From Glaucostegus cemiculus (taxonomy: Eukaryota): 64,000 bases of DNA. The notes below the pieces were generated by a model. That model was not told where the DNA came from and did no database searches. It saw nothing but the letters and a program-made list of their open reading frames with translations. Positions 37,904-50,124 of this stretch are shown here, in pieces; positions within the stretch are counted from its first letter, which is position 1, and each line of letters starts with the position of its first letter. The translations under genes and the position numbers were made by a program. Where the stretch lies: contig CDPCPM010000160.1 of the NCBI GenBank assembly GCA_976551045.1, forward strand, positions 1,736,001-1,800,000. The letters are read 5' to 3'.

Positions 37904-39477
37904 CCAAAACACATGCACAGTCGTTTGCAGAATGGCATCCAGGATTCGAAACCTCTTCTCCATCCCGTCACCAGGCAACTACATCCGTCTCAATACAGAG
38001 AAGCCACTGCACCATAAAGGCTACCGATTCCCAAATAATCACACCTCAGAACAGAATAACTTAGGATGGAAACACCTTCTCTCAGCCGAAGATAATCACT
38101 TGCACAAACAACGATGCAATCTGCTCTGCCACACAAGGTTAGAGTTATCTGGACATCATACTTACTGTGAAGTTAATAAGTTCTGGAGGAAAGTGGGCGG
38201 TACAACCTATATCCTGAGGGGGGGACTGTTGTCATGGTGAAAGGTCACCTGGCAGAGAGGGGGATGATTCTGCTCGGAAGGAAGGTGGGGCAACGTTTGT
38301 TTTTGCTGCAATCTCCCCACTCTCCAGTGAGAATTACAAACGACTCTTGTGAGTAGAGCATAAAATGGAAAATAGTGAGCTGTCTGTTCCCTTACTTTAT
38401 TCCAGCACCATTCCTGAATTACTCCCAACCCAACAGGGTAAATGAATTGACCTCAGGGCCTGCTTTGTATTCAATTAATTATTTTGTGTTTTGAAGGATT
38501 GTTTGAAAATTTTGTCCCTCAACATCTTTAATACTTTCCAAAATCAACAAGGCCCAAGATCAACAATTATGAAACGACGGGACTTATTTTGAAACCTGTC
38601 TAGCTCACTGATAACCTTCAGGAAAGCAAGTCAACTGCAGTACCCAATCAGGATCTATTCGTGACCCCAACCCACCCGTGCAGTTGACTGGGACTTTCTT
38701 CTCAATCGAGGCTGATTGGACAGGACAATGTTTTTGTCCTCATTTTTCCGGAGGAATCAGACATCACTGCTCGGGCCAAAATTCAATGTTCATCCTTAAC
38801 GAGGGCAGATTCCTTTCCCCAAGGACAATAGTGAACCGAATGTTTGTAACTACCTTCCTGAAAATCTCTGACCTCCACTATTGGAAGATGGGATTAACGT
38901 AGGATCTGTGCAATGAAAGAAATAAAAGTACATTCAGGGAAATGCATCAAAATTAAACGAAAACGTTGAATATGACTTCGAAACAAGTGATTTTGCCATT
39001 AAATTAAGCTCCAAGGACCTGCACCTGACGGTACCATTTTGGCGCCTTACTTTGAAGAATGAATTTGACAACTGCATTTGATTGGTTTTAGTTTAGGGTT
39101 GACACGTTCTTTGAGTATGGCTTGTCCTCTGGTTGTCTGCCATGTTGAAGGCGGGTTTGAGGGCTGAAATGGGGATTGTTTCCATACCAATGTATGCGCA
39201 GTTATGATAGAGCAGCCAAAGGTAACTCACAGATATTAATCAAACGGAAAAACGTTCACGTGGACAGTGATCCATGTCCGTGAGGATGGATTTTGTTCAA
39301 ACAGATATTAAAATAACCTGAAAAGGAGACAAGTGAATTTTCTTCCGCTCCCCATCGACCAATTGGTTGAAATTATTCAATCGAACCTCATGCCAGTGAA
39401 ACCCAATACAGAGGCGGAGATATGATTCAATGTCTCACACACTGTTAGATCACACGGGCCACCACAGTGGCACTTAC

Positions 39478-39751
39478 AGAGAACATTTAACAGACATGGA
39501 TCGCTGGTCGTCCTATTCACCCATTGTACGCATCGCAGGTGAATTCCTCGTCCGATATCAGCACCCCAGAGATAGTCAAAGTGCTGTTGTTGGAACTCAG
39601 GGTAATCCTACCTCCAGCGCTAACTGTCTCATAGTTCTTAAACCACAGATATGAAACATCCGTTCTCTTGTGGTACACGTCAAACTAACTGTGTCATTGT
39701 ATTCTACGGGTTTGGTGTCATCGGATGCGATAACGGGCTTAGAAACAGGCT
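39478..39751 (-). pseudogene. Gene B, A2 IgC2 exon, two 1-nt deletions
   Basis: Inverted paralog of the 58030 exon; 274 nt; intact AG and gtaagt. Confidence 0.85.
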
Positions 39752-41169
39752 CTGTTAAAAACACAGCAGATCATGAAATACTTGTCACATAACGTGCAGG
39801 AAGTATATCCCCAAAGAATACATATCACATGAAGCATAGTACTGCAGATACTGCAAACCCGAGATGGAAAGACAGAATGTTGTAAATACTCGATCGACCA
39901 GTCAGTGGCGGTGGGGAGGGAATCCAGGTTAAACATTCAGGTGGCCGATTAAGAACTGAATATTGCCTGCCACTTGGAGAAACTTTGCACTTCCACAAAC
40001 TTGATGTGAAATAAAGCAAAACTGTTTATCGCCTTATGCTTGAAGACCATGAAAATTCACCACCAAAATATGCGAAACAGAAGTGTGAGCAGACGAGAAC
40101 CAAGGGGCACTGAGACACAATTACTTTACAGCTTACGTTATTAATATCGCTGACAAAAAATTCGCCACAGGGACGACAGAAAGCTCCACATCTCTTGTTA
40201 CAGTACACGTTCTAATCATCACCACTGTTGTCACGGTACAGTGTTGTAGTTTCCTGTCAGCTTTGAATATACAATCAACCGCAGGCGGTTACGTTGCCCC
40301 GTTCCTATAGTTCGCAATGCTCAAGCAAACAATCGCAGACATTAAAGGAAACCTGAGTCCCACATACTCCGTGTAAATCAAACCATCCAACGTGAAGCCT
40401 TTTAGTCAGAATCATAATTTGCGGAGTTTTCATTGTACAGAGTCAAGGAGTTACACAGAAGCAGGACACGTTCTGGCCAATAACTGAAAGTCCCCCGTAC
40501 TTTCACAACCATTTCATCCACTTGCCATCTGCCATCTATGGACACTCATTCCCGGTCCCTTCGGTCCCAGTTCACAGGAAACACACAACATATATGAGAT
40601 ACTGGTAATTCGGCCGAGATCATGGCGAAAGCAAAGAACTGGCTGGCCGAGAAATTACACCACGCCGTTATTTCCAGCGAGAACTAACGTACGTCTGACG
40701 TTGTTTGTAAGTCGAATAAAGAGCAAGAGCATCAACGGGCCGATTGACAGAACAGTGTAGTTGAGTTACACGGTGCTACCGGGCTGACACGGACACTGAG
40801 CATCTCCGAATGGGATACCCCACGATACAATCAGACGTCTGCACGAACTAGGAAGCTTGACCCTTTAGAGAATTGACGCGGCAGAGACGGGTGGAAAGGC
40901 GGTTCCAGGGGAACTTGGACGGGTGATGAAGGGCAGTGTCCAAAGGGAGAGAAAAAAGAAACATAAGAGACATACTGGAAAACTGAATTACGAAAAGCAA
41001 ATGCAGCAATACTCAGCAGGTCACGAAGCGTCTTCAGGGATGGGGGGGGGGTTGTTGACAGCTTTCTGATAAGAAATCAGAACCATAAAGTCCGAAGCAA
41101 GTCTCACGTCAAAAGAGCGGGGGTGTCTGTGATAGGGCGGATATCACGGTTACCTGGGTAACACGAAGC

Positions 41170-42290
41170 TTTTCGTGAGAGGAAGATGAAAGGTTGCTGA
41201 TCTCTCTGGACAAGGATAATGGGAGGAAATATTTGCGAGTTAACAGAGAGAGGAGCGAGCATAAATATTTGCATACAGAAGATAGAGGATAGTGGTCCAT
41301 GAGACTAACTCTAGCTGGAGGTCTGTGACGAGTGGTGTTCTGCAGGGATCCGGACTGGACCTCTGCTGTTTGTGATATTTATGAATGGCCTGGATGAAAA
41401 GTTACATATGTAGATTAGTAATGTTGCAGACGAGACGAATATTGGTGGTGTTGTGGATAGCGTAGAAGTCTGGCAAAGGATATAGAGGGATATGGATCAG
41501 ATATGGGCAGAGAAATGGCAAATGGCGTTTAACCCGTTTAAATATGAAGTGTTGCACTTTCGGAGAGCAGACGTACAGGATCAGTACACTGTCTGTGACA
41601 AGACACATAAGAGTATTGATAGGCAGAGAGATCTTGGGGTACAAGTCCATAGCTCCCTGAAAATGGCTGCACAGGTTGATAAATTGGCAGAGAAACCGAA
41701 TGTTATGCCTGACTTTATTTGTCGAGGAATTGAGTTCGAGGGTTGGGAAGTAATGTTGCAAGTTTGTAAAACTCTAGCTCGGCCGCATGTGTGGTATTAG
41801 GTTCAATTCTGTTCGCCTCGTTAATGGAAGTGGAGGCTTTGGAGAGGGTTCTCCAGGATGCTGCCTGGATTAGAGGGCAGGTGTTATAAGGAGATGTCGG
41901 ACAGACTTGAATTGTTTTCTCTGGAACAGCGGAGACTGAAAGGAGACCTGATGGACAGCCAATATCTTTTCCCCGGAGTTGAAATGTCTAATACTGGAGG
42001 GCATGCATTTAAGATGATGGAGATAAATTCAAAAGACATGTACAGGCACATTTTTTACACAGAGAGTGGTGGGTTCCTTGAATGCTGCGCCAGGGGTGGT
42101 GGTGGAGGCAAATGCGATCGAGGCCTCTAAGAGGCTCTTAGGCAAGGACATGTATGTGAAAAAAATGGAGGGATATGGACATTGTGTCGGCAGAATGGAC
42201 TAGTTTAGTTAGCCACGTGATTCAATTCGTTGGGCACAAGACTGTGGGCGGAAGATCCTGTTCCTGTGCTGTACTCTTTGCATGTTCTGC
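41170..42290 (+). mobile_element. CR1 LINE RT and 3' end
   Basis: tctgtgacgagtggtgttctgcagggatc (VTSGVxQGS), VADETNIGG, WAEKWQMAFNP.K.EVLHF, QRDLGVQVHSSLK. Confidence 0.88.
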
Positions 42291-43514
42291 ACTTGAACTG
42301 TGAAATAGAGGAGTAAACAGTGACAAGAACCTCTGAAATAAAAGGTAATCGTGTAACTAATTCTGTGGAGAGAGAGAGAAATTGGATTTCGCCTGACATC
42401 AGAGATGGCCTGTGCTGACAAAGTCGGGCTGGTTATCTGAAAATGCTGAACTCGTTATTGATCCCCCGGGGTCTGCAAAGAGCCGAGGTGGCAAGTGAGG
42501 TCCCACTGAGGGATTTGCTTTGGTATTGGGTGTGACAGACAAAGACTCTCTAGGCCTGTCAGCGGGCGCTACTGACTGGGCGCTGACAGGGAGATCTCAC
42601 TAAAGCGCCGAGTGCCTTCTCTGACGCCGTCTCTGATGCTCCTAGTTCCCGACGAACCGACTCCTGCGTGTTCTTAAAGTACTTCAAGTCAGCTGACCTT
42701 GAACGTGGGGATCAACTGCTCTGGATAAACTGAAGCAGCAATGAGAAGCAGACACGGTGAGATATAGCAGGGATCAACTCAGCATCCCGCAATGATGCAG
42801 AGACCAGGACACGAGAGTGCCGGTGACCTGGACCTTCCGTGGGACAACTCTAAAGGCTCGCGTGCGATTATGTATTTCAGGAGTGAGGTTCTCACAGACC
42901 TCAGTGAGGACTAAGTTTGAGGGCGGCTCCCTCAAGTTGCACGGTTTCCGTGGAGCAGATGCCGGGGCCAGGAAAATGCGGGACATCACGGAGTCTCTGT
43001 CAATGTTCAGCTCAATGAGGGTGGAACTCTTACTGGGGTAAAACATTGGCGATTCACCCCAGAGACGTCATTTAGCCGGCCGCTAAATTCCGCCGACAAT
43101 TCACCGTGTCTTTGGGGCCTAAATCACGTTGAAATCAGGGGAGCTTGGGTGTGCGAGGACCAAGCGTAACTGGCTGTAATTCCCTGCAGTTTGTATTTTA
43201 AAATGGTGCAGTCACAGAGAACAGAGAAAAGAGCGGTCTGCAAAGCGGGATCGGCCAGTTTCCTACGGCACCGGGTTCCGCACCCACAGGCAACCTTTCC
43301 CCGAATCCGACCGCCCGGCTGTCCGCGGGGACCCCAAACTGAATCGAATACAAATTGATCCTGTCCATTACGTAAAATTTCTCGATGGGAAAGAGTGCAT
43401 CGTGTAACAATTACATTAGGCAGTAAAGGTTAAATTGTACTCATTCGCCACAGGAATAGAATGACAATAGTAGTTCGGAAATAAATGACTGAACAAGACC
43501 AACTTCTCACTCAC

Positions 43515-43833
43515 CAAGGACCCGCAGAAAGATGGTCGCTGAAGGGAGAGTGCCGCTCGTTGGAAACATGGTCACAGTGTACTCCCTGCTATCAGACATG
43601 TTCACCGACCTCAGCAGGAGCCACCCGTTAGAGGTGAATACCTCAGCCCGTGATTGGTACACAGGACCATAGAGCACATTTGCACCGTTCCACTGGGCGA
43701 CTGATGTCCCACCGAAAGCCCAGTTCCCGCCGGTGACCTCGGCCGGCGGCCACACTGAAAAAAAACGCATCTCCTCCGACGGTCATATTGATTCGGCTGT
43801 GTTCTACGTGGATGGTAGAAGCCTGAGACTCGC
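43515..43833 (-). pseudogene. Gene B, N (IgV-like, Cys-less) exon, +1 frameshift in T8 run
   Basis: cttcctcag|GCGAGTCT ... CTTG|gtgagt; 319 nt. Paralog of 48124-48435. Confidence 0.9.
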
Positions 43834-44012
43834 CTGAGGAAGATAATTTTGTATGAGGGAAAAGCGAAAGAAGAGGAGAGACTCCAGAATCTTCACTTAG
43901 CTCAATAATTAGATCGTCTCTGGGAAGCTCATCTGCTTTTCCACAACCATCCGCCGCTGTGGTCGCCCTGTGTGCGCCCTGTTAACAGTCCCTCCGACAG
44001 AGTGACCCTCAC

Positions 44013-44064
44013 CAGCAGGTATGAAGAGACAAAGAGCGAGCGCGGTGAGAGGCAGCTCCGCCAT
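44013..44064 (-). CDS. Gene B, signal-peptide exon (MAELPLTALALCLFIPA)
   Basis: gggATGg context, 52 nt, phase-1 donor gtgagg. Confidence 0.85.
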
Positions 44065-44334
44065 CCCGAGAGAGCAGCGCCTATGTGGGTTACACTCGGA
44101 AACTGAGTCGGGCTTCCTCGTCTCGGGGCCAGGTCACTGGAGTCAGTCGTCAGAAACGGCAGTGTTGATTGGACGCCTGCGGCGAGGGCAGAGAACGAAG
44201 GGCAATAAAATGCGTAGGAAGAAGGCTATTCGGCCCCTCGTGTGTCTTCCATCATGCCGTTCCATCCCACGTGACCTTCTGTTAGCACTACTTTCCTGCA
44301 CGAATCTCTAAGAGGTATAGAGAGAAGAGCGGGT

Positions 44335-44612
44335 CGACGTCTGCTTCCCAGAGTGGAAGTATAAAATGACAGAGGGCACAGGTTTATGGTGAGAGGGGGA
44401 AACTCTAAAAGAGATGTGGGAAGCAAGTGATTTCCACAGAGGGTCGTGGGTGCCTGGAACGAGCTGCAGGCGGTGCAATCAGTTACGACAGTGACTTTCA
44501 AGCAGCATTTGAGCAGGGAAATGCGCATTCGGGTAATTGAGGGACATGAAGCATGTGCAGGAAGATGGTGGGCCGAAGGGCCTGGTCCTGTTCTGTACTG
44601 TTTTATGTTCTG
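44335..44612 (+). mobile_element. CR1 LINE 3' end
   Basis: cacagagggtcgtgggtgcctggaac ... gggccgaagggcctggtcctgttctgtactgttttatgttct. Confidence 0.75.
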
Positions 44613-45289
44613 AGTTCCACGTTTTACCCCTTGATTCCTCACCATCCAAAAATCATCTTTCTCTTCTTGAATACTCAGAGACTGACCCTCCGTAGCCATC
44701 TTGGGAGTTTTCTAAATGTTCACCACCTTCTGGTTGGGAAAACAGTTTTATTCTCGTCGCCGCACTCATGCAGTCATAGATCTGAAACGAGTTTTAATCT
44801 CAAACCCAAAAATGACATTTCCAATTCACTGTCTTTTTATTTATTATCTATTATAGTCAGACCACGTGGGAGTATTAGAGACTATTACAGAATATTACAC
44901 ATTCTAATGTTCTACTTATGTGCAAAAGTCAGTGCAGGACATTGTCAACTGTGTTCTGTGGGTGCAAATATACTGTATCCTCCGGTTAGTCCTTAAATAT
45001 TCTGCTGGTAACAATCAGGAAAAAAAATCAGATTTGTCAAGCATATTTCTGATCCATGAATCTATTTTGATCCTGACCTAACGTGGTATTATTTTCTCAG
45101 AGTCCAATTACTATTTATTCAATGAGAGTCTCTTGCAACTTCCCAATCCTTGATGACAGAATAATCTCTCACAATTTTTTTCTCTTCCTCCTTTCTGACA
45201 TTTGCTACTTCTCAATCTATTGGGGATTTATTTCTAAACTTTGAGGAATTTAGAAAGAGGACACTTATTGCATCCACTTCCTCCATCGT

Positions 45290-45580
45290 CGTCGGGTAGC
45301 GGTTAGCGTAATGTTATTACAGCGGCAGCGACCCGGGTTCAATTCCAGCCGCTGACTGTAAGGAGTTTGTCTGTTCTCGCTAGTGTCTGCGTAGGTTTAC
45401 ACCGGGTGCTCCGGTTTCCTCTCACATTCCAAAACACATACAGGTTAGGAGTTGCGGACATGCTACCTTGGCGCCGGAAGTGTGGCAACACTTGCGGGAT
45501 ACGCTCCAGCACATTCTCAGTGATCCAAAAAGACGCATTTCATTGTGTGTTTTGATGTACAGGTGACGAATAAAAAAATA
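45290..45580 (+). mobile_element. tRNA-derived V-SINE (HE1-like)
   Basis: A-box-like ggtagcggttagc, B-box gggttcaattcc, V-domain-like cgggtgctccggtttcctctcacattccaaa. Confidence 0.75.
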
Positions 45581-47299
45581 TCTTATCTTCTCCCTTCTAA
45601 AACCTCCGGGTGCAGGTGATCAGATTCTAGAGATGTAATTTTTAAGCTTTTAAATGAACTGATGTTCATTTATTTAGGTCTTTTTTTTTTTCTTTTCTCC
45701 ACACCTGTTCCCCACCACAGGGTGATTTGTTGTTCCTCCTTACCTGATGACACATGACAATATTCCTTTACCTTCTCGGCCATTTCCGTATTCTTTAATA
45801 TAGTTTTGTGCTTCCGTCTGCAAAACACCGATTATTAACTCTTGCTAATCCTTTCATGTTTACCTTTCGAGAAATTCCTTCGGTAGCACTCGTAGGTGAG
45901 TGCAAATTATGTGGACTGGGAATCTACAGTACAATAGTGGGAGCGGGATTTTCTATCTTCACTGCAATGTCTCTCAAAGAGGGACACGGGTGTCTCTAAC
46001 TAAGTGACTTCTGGTTCAGTCCTCCACCTCTACGTGTACCCTCTCCCATTTATATGGCACCTGCCCTTTCGCTGCTTTATTTCCCAACATCTGTGAGACC
46101 TAAATACCCGATCTGCCAAAATCGCCAATTTGCTTGTACGTCTTTCAATTTCATGGACAGAGGTTGTTATATTGTAAGGCTGCTCCAACTGAAATGTGGG
46201 GAATATATTGGCCTTTGAAACCGACCATTCAATCCGAAGTCAGACCCTCATATTCCACACTGCCTCATCTCTCGGTCCTTGGTGTTCACCTCATTGAGAC
46301 ACTGGATTCCGGAAGGATGAACACGGTGGGTACAGAAAGGTTATTTCCCCAGAATGTGTGGTGTGAAACCAGGGGAAGCTATCTCAGGATAAATAGCCAT
46401 CCATTTAATACAGTGATGAAGATAGTTTTATTCAGCAGAGGATTCTGAATCCTTGACACTCTGTCCCACAGGGAAGTGAATATTCAGTCTCAGAGTGCGA
46501 AGTGTTTAAATTGGGAAAGGCTTGATTATGGACGCTGGAGGTTCCGGAGATTGCAGGCGACGTGCGAGATCAGACATGACCCGTCTGAAAGGCGGAGCCG
46601 GTTCCAGAATTCATATGGTCCGCGGTTCCTCTCATGACCCCAGGTCCACGGATGCCAAACCATCCTCCTGTAGTAACAGCGCTCCGCCTGGGTTCTGCGC
46701 TGTTGCACTTTGGACCACGCGACTGAAAGCAGCTGCTACAGCGTTGGGAACAGGTGTGCAGTTGTGGCCCTCTCTTTGCGATGCCCACCTGCTGAAAAAC
46801 TGAGCAGTTAAGCTACCTGACAGGGATACCCTTCCGCAGATATAGGAAAGTTAATGTAGACTTTAAAGGAGCAAGCATCAATATTGTTATTCAATTTTGT
46901 TTTTAATTTATTCTAAGAAAGGATAATATGCTTCTCCTTTGCATTTCGGGGACAAAAATATATCATCCAATAGAAAGCTGGTGGAGGGAACAGACATTTG
47001 CAGGTTCGGAACCTTGGGTCAACTGTTGATAAATCGATGACAAAGGGAGAAGGTCAGAATACCAGAGAGATGTGCAGTTCCGGGCTTCTTTCACCTTCAT
47101 ACCGGAATCGAGAGTCGGAGAAAAATAACAATGGTTTATTTTAAATTGTAATAGGTTTTGAACGGCCATTACACAGCGACGGTCTGAGCAACAAAACCTT
47201 CAGTTTCCACTGATATAGTAATGAACATTTACTTCGTAAAAAGAAAGGTGAAGTTGTCTTGCTTGTTAATGCTGATGTTCAGGAGGATCTGGGTGCACA

Positions 47300-47630
47300 T
47301 GTGTGTGGAACACAGACGTGTGTGTGAGTGCCTGTGCGTCTGCCTCCGTGTGTCTCAGAGTGTGTGTGGGTCTGTATCTGAGTGGTTGTGCGTGTGCGTG
47401 TCTCTGTGTGTTTTGTGTGTCTGTCTGTCTGTTTGTCTGTCTGAGTGTGTTATCTGTGTTTGTGTGTGTTTGTGTGTCTGTGTGTCTGTGTCTGTGTATA
47501 TGTATATCTGCCTGTGTGTGTGTGTGTGTGTGTATGCATGTGCCTATCTGTCTGTTTGAATGTGTGTCCGCGTGTGTATCTGCCTGTCTGCCTGTCTGTG
47601 TTTGTGTGTGTATGCAGGTGCATGTGTCCG

Positions 47631-47709
<79 letters not shown>
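47300..47709. repeat. TG-rich compound microsatellite ending in a long pure (TG)n
   Basis: Imperfect TG/TCTG array, with a perfect run at about 47635-47709. Confidence 0.97.
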
Positions 47710-47710
<1 letters not shown>

Positions 47711-47778
47711 TTTCTGTATTTCTGCTGCAGACAATTTGCAAGTGATTTTGATTCGCTGTAATTTCTTCTCTGTCAGCT

Positions 47779-47900
47779 GGGCGGGGACCGGACCGATCAG
47801 CGCTGCCGCTTCTGACGACTGACTCCAGTGATGTGGCCCGGAGACCAGGAAGCGCGGCTCAGTCTCCGAGTGTAACAGACATAGGCGCTGCTCTCTCGGG
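47779..47900 (+). promoter_or_regulatory. Putative TATA-less proximal promoter/5'UTR of gene C
   Basis: GC box GGGCGG at 47779-47784. About 110 nt upstream of the ATG is conserved with gene B, which has CCAAT at 44168-44172 on the minus strand. Confidence 0.4.
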
Positions 47901-47952
47901 ATGGCGAGGCTGCCGCTCACCGCGCTCGCTCTTTGTCTCTTCATACCTGCGG
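47901..47952 (+). CDS. CEACAM-like gene C, signal-peptide exon (MARLPLTALALCLFIPA)
   Basis: gggATGg context, hydrophobic leader, donor gtgagg. Confidence 0.9.
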
Positions 47953-48123
47953 GTGAGGGTCACTTTCTCGGAGGGATTGTTAACAGGGAATCACCACAGC
48001 GGCGGGTGGTTGTGGAAAAGCCGATGTGCTTCTCAGAGACGATCTAGTTATTGAGCTAAGTGCAGATTCTTGTGTCCAGCCGTTTATTTTGCCTTTCCCC
48101 TCATACGAATTTCTCTTCCTCAG

Positions 48124-48435
48124 GCGAGTCTCAGGTACTCCACGTAGAACACAGCGAGATCAATGTGGCCGTCAGAGGAGATGCGTTCTTTTCGGTGCGG
48201 CCGCCGGCCGCGGTCAGCGGTGGAAACTGGGATTTCGGTAGCAACCCAGTTGCCCAGTGGGTCGGTGCAAATGTGATCTATGATCCATTGTACCAATCAC
48301 ATGCTGAGGTATTCACCTCCAACGGGTCTCTCCTGCTGAGGTCGGTGAACATGTCGGACAGCGGGAAGTACATTGTGAGAATGTTTCCAACGAGCGGCAC
48401 TCTCCCTTCAGCGACCATCACTCTGCAGGTCCTTG
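48124..48435 (+). CDS. Gene C, N domain exon (IgV-like, no Cys), intact 312 nt
   Basis: GESQVLHV..GNWDF..NGSLLLRSVNMSDSGKYIV..ITLQVL. The NGSLLL and DSGxY motifs and the absent disulfide are CEACAM N-domain hallmarks; canonical splice sites. Confidence 0.92.
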
Positions 48436-50124
48436 GTGAGTGAGATGTTGGTCTTGTTCAGTCATTTATTTCCGACTACTATTTTCATCTTATGTTGGTG
48501 GTGAATGAAACTAATTTAATCTTTCCTGTCCAATTGACTTATCCTTACACTGTAAGCGTGAAGCAGCTTACAGGCTGTTGCACGCCCGTAGTGTATCTTG
48601 TTGAAAAGGGTATTTTTCCGATCGAGAATTTGTAATCGGGAAGGTCGATCTGCCTTCAATTCAGTTTGGGATTCCTCCTGAACAGGTATCGGACGTCTGG
48701 TAAACTACCGGCAGAGGATGCATGTGGGTGTGGGACCCAGTGCCGTGTTTCTCTGCCTGAGCCTCCCGTTCACCTCCCTCTTCCCTCCCATGATGATGCC
48801 AGCGTTTTCCACAAAAATGGGAATTGAACTTTGACCCAGGAGTTATTGCAATGTCCCCAGTTTTGCGGGCAGAGTCTGTGCAGAGAAAATAAGCAGAATG
48901 AGGGTTTCAGGTCGATGCCATTTCATCAGATAATGAGTTGAGAGGTCAATAATATCCCATCAGACCAGGGGCTTTCCTCCTGCCTGTGATCGGCTCTCCC
49001 GGGTCCTCCTGAAAGGAAAGATTTGGGCCCTATTGCAATAAACGCCAGCACTTCCAAGGACTTACACCATGTATCGCCACCAGACAAGGTAGATTTGTTC
49101 CAAGGTCTCCTGGATGGGTCTAAAAACTATCATTTGACCACAGAGGGCGAGATGCTCACTGTCACTGGAGCAGGGTTAGGAGTTCCGCAACCGTAACATG
49201 CTTTATCGGAAATTTTTCACCAATGACCAGTGCCCGATGCATGTACAAGTGATATGTTAACAGAAGACAATGGTTTTTGATACAAGTTGTTTTAATTCAC
49301 AAAACGTATTTCTTTTCTTCTGAGCTAACGGCGTTGAATGGAGATTTCAGTGGCTCATAATTGCTTGACCAAGCTGTGGTTAACAATAGAGCGCGGGACT
49401 GTTGTGTGTTTTACATTTTAACATCATGTCTCTTATCTTACGCCTTCCCGATACATGATCAGAATTCAGTACAAATGGCGCTATTCTTTGACAGATCTAC
49501 AGGTGAATTTCCTGGTTATTAACGATAATATTGATATCCTTCGCACACTCCTTCAGTGTCGCTACTTTTTCTACTGCACCTGACAAACCAGAATGAGCGA
49601 CACCAGGGTCCATTACCAATGCAGACTGGGGTTCAAAAGTTGTCCATACATTTCATTGTTGCTTTGGAGCTAAGGACAGTTTATTGATTGGGGTCAGGGA
49701 ATCTGTTCCATTCCTTTTGTATAAACAGGCAGAAATTTGTCTTCCCTCTTTCCTCCGTCACACGGTCCAGACGACAGATCTCCCTGCTGATAGGTCAAAG
49801 CTTTCAGAAGACCTGAAACACGAGACACCCCACAGTATGTCTTTGTTGCAGTTTTCTCACCCTTGGTTTGTAAATGTAAACAGTAAAGCAAATTGGGACA
49901 TAATCAGACATTTACGGACACAATTTTATATCAACCGTAGTTGGTGTCTCTGCTGTCACCTCTGCACGTGTTAGTTTGATTAATGACGTTGTAAATGGGT
50001 AGGAGCCGGTTTCATAGTATTTTCAAAGCTATTTTTCGGGGTCGCAATAACAGGTGTGATCCACTCCATTCCAACAAGTTGTAGCTGGCTACCATATTGC
50101 TGCTGAAAGCCAGTCAGATTCACT

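Larger units (their letters stand above)
21683..44064 (-). pseudogene. CEACAM-like gene B (L-N-A2-B2-A3-B3-A4-B4-TM-cytoplasmic ITAM); ectodomain disrupted, signalling exons intact
   Basis: Full exon series traced on the minus strand with compatible splice phases. All seven Ig exons carry indels or splice lesions. Confidence 0.85.

Noticed and set aside
39463-39490. CACAGTG heptamer beside an Ig exon suggesting V(D)J recombination
   Set aside because: No ACAAAAACC-like nonamer at 12 or 23 nt. The N domains lack Cys and include their own G strand, so these are non-rearranging genes.
30399-39751. All frameshifts being assembly errors
   Set aside because: Many lesions are outside homopolymers or are substitutions (AG>GG acceptor in B, TAG in A), while gene C exons and gag in the same window are clean.
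45290-45360. tRNA gene
   Set aside because: The A/B boxes run directly into a V-SINE body and no full cloverleaf is evident.
47221-47944. Cys/Val- and His/Thr-rich ORFs (also 36067-36432 and 6921-7322)
   Set aside because: They are translations of TG/CA/GA microsatellites.
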